NCBI GenBank assembly: GCA_951406725.2
Contig: OX597819.1
Coordinates: 128,712,001-128,776,000, forward strand
Direction of reading: 5' to 3'
Origin: Octopus vulgaris
Lineage: Eukaryota
DNA length: 64,000 nucleotides
The position numbers and the translations under genes were made by a program. A model generated the notes under the pieces. That model saw only the letters and a program-made list of their open reading frames with translations. It was not told where the DNA came from and ran no database searches. This document shows, one piece after another, positions 53,945 through 64,000 of the stretch (the stretch's first letter is position 1; each line of letters starts with the position of its first letter).

Positions 53945-54124
53945 TACAAAGGAGAGGATGACTGAGCATTTAAAATTTCGCAACAATAAGTGAAATTTCG
54001 AAGTTACTTTCATCTTTTTCTGTTTACAAATAACTTGCGCTGCTTACATGCTGAATGTTCTGTGGAGAAATTTTATATGCATACATTCATACATACATAT
54101 ATACATACATACGTACATATATAT

Positions 54125-54290
54125 TATTCTCTCCTTTTTCTCTCTCCTTGTTTCTTCCTTGTTTTTTCTGTGTCCCTTTCTGTAGAAGAGCGTAGGTTCG
54201 AAATGTAAAAGACTTTTTCTATTCCGGAGAGTTATACTAATACATCTGTTTGTTTTGTACACCACCTGTCTTCGTCTTGTTTTTTTCGTA
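54125..54290 (+). mobile_element. Penelope-pLTR-like element with A6U hammerhead-like motif (54176-54211)
   Basis: cttt-CTGTAGA-a-gagc gtag gttc-GAAA-t-GTA-aaag; related decayed copy at ~37185-37340 (CTGTTGA). Confidence 0.5.
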
Positions 54291-55018
54291 TATATAAAAC
54301 CATGTATACATGTGTGTGTGTGTACTTGTTTTTTCGTATATATAAAACCATGTATACATATGCATGTATGTGCGTGTGTGTACTTGCGTGGTATGTGTAT
54401 GTGTGTGCTAGTGTGTGTGTGTGTGTGTGTTAGGATTTTAATATATTTGTACAGTAGGTATAATGATACGTCTTGTAGAAACACAATAGCTAATATGTAA
54501 GAAATTTTGCTTATGTATGTATAACAAAACATTACTGAGCTAATATTTTTTCTTTTTTTTTCCTCCCATAAAATGTTATGTCTAGACTTATTTAAAGCAG
54601 ACACTGAATACAGCCAACTTCGTTTCCTTGTTTCAGCATTTCATTCAATGTTTATAAGATTTAAACCTCGTTTTGCTGGAGCGCATGTGCAAGTACATAT
54701 GGTTTTGATTTATTTATCTTCCTTTCCCCAAGTGGATGTTCTCTCTACAGTGATTCCTGAAGTTAGCATCGCATATCCATGGGGGTGGGCATGATAAGAT
54801 CATTCAGCGGGACACTAAACGACAAGTAATGTTTTTGTACGATAACATCACTACTAAGAGAAGTATCGTAGAGAATCCTCTCCGTAATCGTCCAAACTGC
54901 TAGACATACAAACTAAATCTCTTTATCTCAAGCTACATCTGTCTTCAAAATTTTGAAAAAATATGCCTCTAGGCTTGCAGTATCAGGATCGACCTAGGGC
55001 TAAACAGCAACAGTATGT

Positions 55019-55380
55019 GGAGGCGCAATGGCCCGATGGTTAGGGCAGCGGACTCGCGGTTGGAGGATCGCGGTTTCGATTCCCAGACAGTGTGTGTGTT
55101 TATTGAGCGAAAACACCTAAAGTTCCACGAGGCTCCGGCAGGGAGTGGTGGCGACCCCTGTTGTACTCTTTCAGTCCAACTTTCTCTCACTCTTTCTTCC
55201 TGTTTCTTGTCCCCGACTTCCTACGCAACCGCTGAGCCTGGATGCGCATTCATCCATCCGTCGATGCTCTCGGTGTCGGGGGTTGATCTGCTCTCTCTTC
55301 TGCGGGTCTTACGAATAGCAAAGGATCACGTTTCGGACTTCTCCCACTACAGAGGCGCGATCTTGCGAGCTCTGGATCGA
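55019..55380 (+). mobile_element. SINE family B, fourth 3' body
   Basis: Same tRNA-like head and gagcgaaaacacctaaag segment. Confidence 0.8.
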
Positions 55381-57224
55381 AGACCGCTTCGCTCAACAGC
55401 AACAACAGCAGTACAACCATTACTAGTACTACTAGTGGTGAATAGTAGTAATAGTAATGTGATTGCATTGTTGATTGCCTATTTGGTTAGATTTTTTCCT
55501 GTCTTCGCACTGAACACTCATACGTCATCTACGACACTCACACGTCATCACCAACACTACCATCATCAATAACAACAATAAAATTGGTAGAAGCAGTTGT
55601 AGAAACAATAGAATTAGCTGCCAACAAGAACAGCAGCAGTAGCATCAACAACGATTGTCTTGCATTGCCTAGTCAAGCATAGAAATGCTATGAAATTGGC
55701 AAATATATTTTTAAGATATTGAGGAAAATGTTAAGAACCCTATGTGAGACCAAGTTATACAGTTTTAGCATCTAGATCAGTGGTCCTCAATCGGGGTCCA
55801 TATGGCTCCTGAGGATCCATATAAGATTTTGGGGAGTCCATGTTAACAATATAGTAATTGTTAATAATATAGTAATGTTAATAAACTAATAACTAATTAC
55901 AATTTCAGTCCATCTACCTTATTTCCTCTTTCTCTCTCTCTCTCTCACTCTTTTCTTTCTCCCTCTTTTTCTCTAATCACGTGAAAGCATTACGAACGGG
56001 CTAAGTAACGCAATGACAAGCAAAATTATCATAAGATTAGCTTTGTCTAGAAGAGAGAGAGTTGTGCTCATGGCCATTGCAGAGCATCTGACCCTGCTGT
56101 GTGCCATGGGATTAATGCTTTTGAGGAGTAGTCGCAAGTCGGTAGCAGCAGAAAAAAAAAAAACCACGTTCAAGGAGAAAGTTCCAGAGAAAAGACGTTC
56201 TTGAAAAAAAATGGATTAGGGTTAGTAGTTAGAAAGAGAAAGAAGAAGAGACGAATGACTCACGTCAGCGTGGAGAGAGCACATGACCAGCCTACTCCTA
56301 AGATCAGAGGTCGCAAATGACTTAGGTTCGTAAATGACTTTCTGTCGAGTGGCCTTTCTTTGGGTGAGATCTAGGATGTCTGTACGTGTGTCAGTTGTAC
56401 ACTCCGAGATATACGAGCAGGACTCTATTGTGGGTTTCCCTTCAGCTTTAGAGATTAGATAGTTGTTGGCAGATGAAGACTTTTTCTGGATCCGAAGTTA
56501 GAGAGAAATATGTATGAGAATTGTCTTTTCATTATGTTGGGAAGATGCATTAACTAGTAAAGACCTACAAAGTGGGTAGAGCTTAACAACATTCGTAACG
56601 AACTTGAAGTTTCTGGTTACGTATTGTTTATATTTATGGGGTGGGGGAAAATGAAATTGGGGGCACGATAGTGCTTTCTTGCTGTGTGTTGATATGCGCG
56701 TGTGTGTGTGTGTGTGTGTTATATATGCAAGTGCACACACATACACCCTCTTTCCACACATATATATTCGGCAAAGAGCACACTTTTGGCATCGAATAAC
56801 TGAATGTACCCGGCAGTATGTACTTAATACTCCCCCACTGTTTGTAAATTAAAGCATGTGTATGTATGTGTTTATACATGCCTAGACACACACATATGTA
56901 CATACACACACACACACACACACACTCACACATATATATATTCTATAAATAATAATAATAATAATAATAATAGTATTTTATAAGCTTTAAGGCTTATAAG
57001 CAATCACTGCACAATGACTAAAGAAAATAGCTTAATAATGGGGCATATAAACCCCCTCGACGGAAAAAAAGTAGGTTTTCCTTCATGTGACGCGAACCCG
57101 CACCTGTTTATTTTCGCGCCAAATGTGCTAACCATTTACACTAACGTACAACCTGTTTTTTTTTCGGTCAGATTTAAGAACTATTATTAGTTCATAGTGT
57201 TGCTTTTTAAACCATTGCAGTAAA

Positions 57225-57416
<192 letters not shown>

Positions 57417-57805
57417 CCCACACACATATATATGAGTCTTTATTCAGTTTCATTTCATGATTTCTTGCTAATAGAAAGAAAAAAACCGGTTTCTTACCAA
57501 GATCCAAAGCTTCTTCCTTGAAATTTCAACGTTAACGGTATTTTTGCATGTGTGTGTATATGTGGAGTATTTGCAGTCCCTGAATGTGCAGATTTGTATG
57601 GGTTTTTTTGTGTATGTATTCTCATGCAACTATATGCATATCTAGTCATGCGCATATATACTTAGATAAAAAAAAATTCTGTGAAGTTTTGCAAACTTTT
57701 ACAGTTCCAGTGATGGCTTGGATCTGTAGTCTTCGAATCAGATTTCTCCTTTCTCTTTTTTAAAAATGACTTTTAAAAAACTAATGCATACTCTGTGTGT
57801 GTATG

Positions 57806-57924
<119 letters not shown>

Positions 57925-58434
57925 TTGAAGAACAGCTCCACACCAGATACCTATGCGTAGCAGAAAGATATATTCTTTTTCAATCCAGCAAATTTTTAGC
58001 AGATGTAGGCACATGGACAAGTTTCTTTTATCGAACTGGAGGGCACCACCCGCTCCGGATTGAATCTCGCAGGTTTAGACATATTTTCTGGTATTGTGTT
58101 CTAAACCAGTTGTATTTAATGAGCTTTCTGTAATCAGAGAGCACGAGAATCGTAATTTTTGATTTCGTTTCCGTTCTCTCGTTACATATTTTGCACCAAC
58201 CATCGCGTTTTTTTTCACGGTTTTCCTTATTTCCTTACTGGCCAGCGTCTTTGTTTTTAAAAATTATATTTTACGCACAGAGCGTGAAAGATTGCTTTAA
58301 GATACATACCATATTTCATAAATATGCCTGTTCAAGTATCATAACATGAAACTATATATACATATATTATACATTATAAATACTTATATATTATATATAC
58401 TTTATATATATATATATACATACATATATATATA

Positions 58435-59678
58435 CGAGGGGCGTTCAATAAGTAATGCCCCTGACCCACTTCCCATAGCTGTAGAGCAACGAAACTTGGC
58501 ACAGTTATTAGTCTTTTTTTACATAGGAACCACCCAGAGTTACGCATTTCTCCCATTGTTTGATGCAGCTCTGGAGACAGTTTTTGTAGAAGACGCCAGC
58601 TTGGTCCTCCAACCACGACGTGACTTCAGAAATCAAGGCTGCATCATCTGGGAAACGCTTTCCTTTCAAAACTTCATGGCTGGGAAGAGGTGAAAATCAG
58701 AGGGTGCAATGTCAGGAGATTCTGATCTGGCGACACGCGAGTTGTGGACCGGAACGTTGTCCTGCAGGAGGAGGATGCCTTTGCTGATCTTGCCCTGCTT
58801 CTTGATTTTGATAGCTTCTCTTAATTTCCTCAAAAGTGAAGCATAATAGGCTCCTGTAATTGTGGTACCCTTTGCCAGGAAGTCTGTCATCACTACTCCG
58901 TCCTGGTCCCAGAAGACTGTGAGCATGACCTTGCCAGCGGAGGGCTGCACCCTTGCCTTCTTTGGAGGTGCGTCACTGTGCTTCCACTGCATTGACTGGG
59001 CTTTGGTCTCTGGATCATAGTGATGGACCCAGGTTTCATCCTGTGTAATCAGTTTTTTGAAAAATGTTGACTCATCTTCTTGGCACATCTCCAAATTCAT
59101 CCTCGAGCACCCGATGCGTTCTTGCTTCTGGAAAGGTGTGAGCAACCTGGGAATCCATCTGGCAGACACCTTTTGCATATGCAAATGGTCATGAATGATA
59201 GTTTCCATAGACCTGGTACTAATCTTGACCTCATGGGCTATTTGGCGAATAGTTATGCGTCGATCTTCCAAAATGGCAGCCTCAACTTGACGGACAGATG
59301 CCTCATCAATGGCAGAAGGGAGGCGACCAGATCTGGAAGCTGTTTCCACAGAGTTCCGACCATGTTTGAATTCACGATGCCAGCGTTTTACAAGGTCATA
59401 TGATGGGGCATCATCACCATAAGTTACTTTCATTTCATCAAAAGTCTCCCGTGGTGTGCATCTTTTCAAATACAAAAACCGGATCACTGCTCGTCACTCA
59501 ACAGGCTGCATTTCACACTTGACTCAGTTCAAACACCTGTAAATGAGAAACCACAATTAGTTCAGAGCTGTAATTTGCCACTTAATCTATAGAGACATAT
59601 AAATAATTGCATATGCAAATTTTCAGCTAGATCAAACAACTGCAAGTGGGTCAGGGGCATTACTTATTGAACGTCCCT

Positions 59679-59680
<2 letters not shown>
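58435..59680 (-). mobile_element. Near-full-length mariner element with 37-bp TIRs
   Basis: TA|cgaggggcgttcaataagtaatgcccctgacccactt (58435-58471) and its complement at 59644-59680 with one mismatch. Confidence 0.95.
58508..59511 (-). pseudogene. Mariner transposase pseudogene
   Basis: WIPRLLT, ITQDETWVHHYDPE, LLQDN, SPDIAPSDFHLF; stop at codon 6 (MQPVE*), apparent deletion before SPDIAP, frameshift before LKGKRF...WEKCVTLGGSYVKKD*. Confidence 0.93.
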
Positions 59681-59727
<47 letters not shown>

Positions 59728-60133
59728 CATTATAAAAACTTATATATTATATATTCTTTATATATATTTTATTTTATCGGATGAATGCGTGTTCGTCCTT
59801 TAATTGAAATTTTTTCCTAAGATTTCTTTCTAATGTCTTTTTTTCATACTTTACTTTCGAATTTTCTTGCATAAATTCGTGTAGGTATGAAAGCTTGTAT
59901 AGAAATAATCAGTACATGACTTAACTTATTAAACAAAGTTCAATAGATTCATTCATATTTATGTAATGGAGGAGATTGGAAGTTAAAATGGATTATAGAC
60001 TTTAGTTTTTCATATTGCTATACAATTGTTTCATACAAATGCACTCAGATATTCATAAATAGAAAATCGTAATAGTCGTACTTGTACTCGTCAGTAACTA
60101 ATAGAAAAACAAAAGAGACGTTTAAAGCACATA

Positions 60134-60788
60134 CAATGGGGGGGGATTAATAATCGTACATATCAAAATTCTTTATTTATTTAATTTCTAATGAACATAA
60201 ATGGGATATACCAATACTATATTTGCATACACATGCATAAATTAAGAATGTGAAGGTGGGTTTTACAACAGGATAACGACTCTAAGCATACGCGAAGTCT
60301 ACCAAAAAATGGATTGTCGATCACAATATAAAATTATTAGAATAGCTAAGCCAGCCACCTGACTTGAACCCCATTGAAAATTTGTGGCGTTGTTTGAAAA
60401 TTAAAATTCATTCAAGAACCCCAACGTGCTTTGTAGATTTGAAGAAAATTTGTCAAGAAGAATGGGAAAAAATTCCTAAAGAAACATGCGAGTCATTGAT
60501 TAAAAACTACAAGAAGAGATTGGTTCAAGTGGAACTGAATAATGGTTATGCTACGAAGTATTAAATCAGAATTATCAGTTATTTATGTTCTATGTACGAA
60601 TACTTTTTTCACCCCTAAATATTTATAATTGTATGTAAATTCCTTAGTTACTATTATTTATTAGTTTCTTTTGCATATTCTTAATTTATGCATGTGTATG
60701 CAAATATAGTATTGATATATCCCATTTATGTTCATTAGAAATTGAATAAAGAATTTTGACATGTACGAATATATATTTCCCCCCACTG
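60134..60788 (+). mobile_element. Internally deleted Tc1 element with ~120-bp TIRs
   Basis: TA|caatggggggg...ccccactg|TA; retains QQDNDSKH and SQPPDLNPIENLW...CQEEWEKIP...NNGYATKY*. Confidence 0.9.
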
Positions 60789-61624
60789 TAGGTTTTTTCT
60801 TAGTTATCATTTTGGGATTTGTATATTCTTTCTTCTAGTCACGTTTACTTGAACCTAGATTCATATATATATATATATATATATACATTATTAAAATAGT
60901 CTCGCTAAAAGTAAATTACTCTCTTACACAAGCGTGGTAATGGTTCCTGGAAAGTTCCTGTTAAATAAGAAATGTCGAGAGGTAAGGAAGCAGGAAGCAA
61001 ATAACATACAAGAATGTCAAATAACTAGTGATGTTTACAAACATACTATACGATGGTGTTCAACACGTTTAAATAGACATTGCTTATTTTACCTCCCGAG
61101 GTCGGTAGAATATGTAGCAGGTAACTTATTGTGGCATTCTATTCAGCTAAATCCTTTGAAGGTAGTATTTCTGCGGAGATGAAGAAAATAAAACATTCCA
61201 AAAAAATTTTAAAAAAAAGACATTCCCATAAACTGAAGAAGGAATACTTACTTTAGATTTAGTTTATGTTACAGAAAAAGAAACACCCTCATCTCACACG
61301 CAGTAAGTTAGAGGAGGGGAGGGGAGGAGGAGGTGGAGAAGGGGGGAGGTGGAGGAGGAGGAGGAGAAATAGCATGTTATATATGTATCTGGTAAAATTA
61401 ATTTCTGTAATTTCATTGCAAGCTAATTAGATCGCGAGCCAATACATTGTTGGTAACTTCATCCTTCTTTTTTTCAGTGCTAAGAATTAGCGTCTTAATT
61501 CATTGAGTAAAAACGTCCTATTCCATCAACAATTAGGAATCCAAGGACAAAACATTATAAATATTAGATATATAAAAGTAGAAAATATATACATGAATAT
61601 ATCATTTCATTTTTTTCATTTCAT

Positions 61625-62002
61625 CTAGTTTCAGCTCACGAGCTGTGGCTATGCTGGGGCACCGCCATTCGGTGTTGCTACATGATTTTACTTCACGAAT
61701 GCTTTTTAGCAATTGACATTTGGTGCATGAGAGTTTGATGCAGCTGCCCTCATTTGCACTTCGTGCCGTGAAGTTGGTTCATCTGAGACACCTGACAGGA
61801 AGAGGTCCAGCTTTATTTTGAAGACATCTGCACCCACCCCATGCAGGTTTCTCAGGTCCTTCGGGAGGATATTGAAAAGCTGTGGACCTCTGAAGCCCAG
61901 GTTATCGCAGTATCTTGTCCTACATCTTGATGGCAAATTTGGAGTCCTTGGCACTATGCAGTGGCGCCCAGTTCTAGTATTTGTGTAACTCTAGATACCA
62001 AA
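61625..62002 (-). pseudogene. 5'-truncated CR1/L2-group LINE 3' fragment
   Basis: NLGFRGPQLFNILPKDLRNL...FKIKLDLFLSGVSDEP; same tail as 2886-2926. Confidence 0.8.
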
Positions 62003-62407
62003 TATAAATCAAAAGTTTTTTTTTTTAATGCAGTAAAATGATTGGAGAAAGGAAGAACTTTTCTGAAAAGACAATCAATGCCCTCGACACCAAATAATAT
62101 ATTTTGTAGTTTTGATATTCTGTGACAGTGCACTGAATAATTCTTACCGTGCGATCTTCCCTCTCCCGTTTTGCAACCTCGTGGTTGATCGGTCTTCCAG
62201 AAATAGTGACCTTAATTATGCTCAAAACAGGCCTACGCGTCTTGAAAAAAGAAACAAGATAAATTGAATAATGCATTCCAGTCTTATGCCTGAAATACCT
62301 TTCATTATACGTTTCTTCTTTCAAAGCCGAATCGGATCAAATGAAGGATGATGATGAGGATGAGGAGGATGATGATGATGATGATGATGACGATGACGAT
62401 GACGATG

Positions 62408-62438
<31 letters not shown>

Positions 62439-63429
62439 CGATGACGATTTTTTTTTCTTTATTTGCCCACAGAACAGAAAAACGTAAACGGATAGAAGTT
62501 TACAAAATATGGGGGATAAACGAGACAAAATTATATAGACACGAAGATATTTAACAAGTATTTCTCCCTAAAGTTGTGTTCCTCTCACTATCAGGTAGAC
62601 GGTACCGTAACCTTCGAACCCCGGTGGATGAATAAGACGCCGGTTTTTTGAACATCGGCTAGTACCTCCATTAAACTCTCTTGTTAACATTAGGAAACCC
62701 TTTTCTTTCGTGAAGCCGAAATACACTAGCTTTTTACCATATCCGCTACAGAATAAGTTCTTCGGCAAAGTAGACAGACGGCTACAATTCCGTTTCGGTT
62801 TGGAGCGCCTGTATTGAGAATCTCCTGGTTTGAAGCAATTTTTGTAAAACTACTTCCACCCTCGCTCGGCCACGTGTATGTGTCCTTATCAACCTTACTG
62901 TTGTTTATCTTTTAATTGCATATGTTTTAGTTAATATTATCACCGTAATATGTCATAAATTACTAGTTTTTCTTCAAGTATGTCTGCTGTTGTCAGCCTT
63001 TTATTTTTTTTGTGTAATACTATTTTGCTTTTCGCGAATGTTTAACTGGGAGTGGTATTTATTTATCTTCTAGCTCTGTGGCGAACACTTATTCCGCTAC
63101 CCCAGTATGAAGAGTTACATTAAAATATGGTTACGCAAAATAATAATTATACTAATGGTTTGAAATTTTGGCACAAGACCAGCAGATTCAGGGGAGGGGT
63201 AATTCGATTACATCGACCCCAGTCTTCAACTGGTACTTATTTTGCCGCCCCTAAAAGGATGAAAGGCAAAGTCGACCTGTGCGGTATTTGAACTCAGAAC
63301 GTAGCGGCAGACAAAATAGAATAAGTGCTAGGCTTACAAAGAATAAGTCCTGAGGTCGATTTGTTCGACTAAATCCCTACAAGGCTGTACTCCAGCATGG
63401 CTGCATTCAAATGAATGAAACTAGTAAAA

Positions 63430-63477
<48 letters not shown>

Positions 63478-63479
<2 letters not shown>

Positions 63480-63792
63480 AGATGTACTCGCATAGCAAGT
63501 GATTTGATCTGAGATCGTGTGCTGAAACGAAAATAATTGCAGCGTGGAAGGTGTTTGTAAGCCATTTAAGAAACACACAAAAGCCGTTCGATTCACTTCA
63601 ACATTTAAGTTTAATTTGTCAAAATATTTTCGTCGCTGAAATCCGCGACCGATGCAGCACGGATTTTTGTCAGTGAACATGTCGCGGTCTTTAAGCGACG
63701 AAAATATTTTGACGAATTAAACTTAAATGTTGAAGTGAATCGAACGGCTTTTGTGTGTTTCTTAAATGGCTTACAAACGCCTTCCACGCTGC

Positions 63793-63798
<6 letters not shown>
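63478..63798. mobile_element. Head-to-head inverted pair of the 6098-6240 element, flanked by (TA)n
   Basis: 63533-63650 is the reverse complement of ~63680-63798; junction at ~63651. Confidence 0.85.
63666..63716 (+). ncRNA. Type I hammerhead-like motif with G3-C8 swapped core (second copy)
   Basis: tttgtca-GTGAACA-t-gtcgc ggtctttaa gcgac-GAAA-ata-TTT-tgacgaa. Confidence 0.6.
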
Positions 63799-63847
<49 letters not shown>

Positions 63848-64000
63848 AACGTCTTTTAAAATGTCTTGTTTGTCTAAATAGAACTGAAATACTGAAAATA
63901 AGCAAATTATCGCATTTTGTTATAATTAGACACCTTACGCAACATAATTTGACAGTCGTAAAGAAGCATAAATGAATTTTAATACATCACAGGACTGAAT

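Noticed and set aside
62500-62930. Possible decayed Penelope GIY-YIG region on the minus strand
   Set aside because: Similarity only impressionistic; needs TBLASTN/HMM support.

Overview
AT-rich, extremely microsatellite- and transposon-dense animal genomic DNA. The SINE families and repeat landscape suggest a cephalopod, probably Octopus (inference). Almost all ORFs in the supplied track are simple-repeat artefacts. The only convincing host-gene signal is a signal-peptide-like first coding exon at 41032-41098 (+) followed by a GTAAGT donor; its downstream exons could not be identified. The rest consists of three or more tRNA-derived SINE families, decayed LINEs (CR1/L2-group, R4/Dong-like, HERO/NeSL-like), mariner, Tc1, Tigger and hAT remnants, non-autonomous Helitrons and multi-kb simple repeats. 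The most interesting signal is a set of short Penelope-like/retrozyme-like elements inserted into (TA)n tracts, usually as head-to-head inverted pairs, that carry type I hammerhead ribozyme folds. These include a 544-bp tandem-plus-inverted multimer (23241-25055), a near-canonical hammerhead (45544-45607) and a family whose core reads GUGAACA, a reciprocal swap of the catalytic C3-G8 pair (6178-6227 and 63666-63716). A possible rearranged hammerhead-like motif follows a HERO-like LINE end (53345-53405). All folds and alignments were done by eye.
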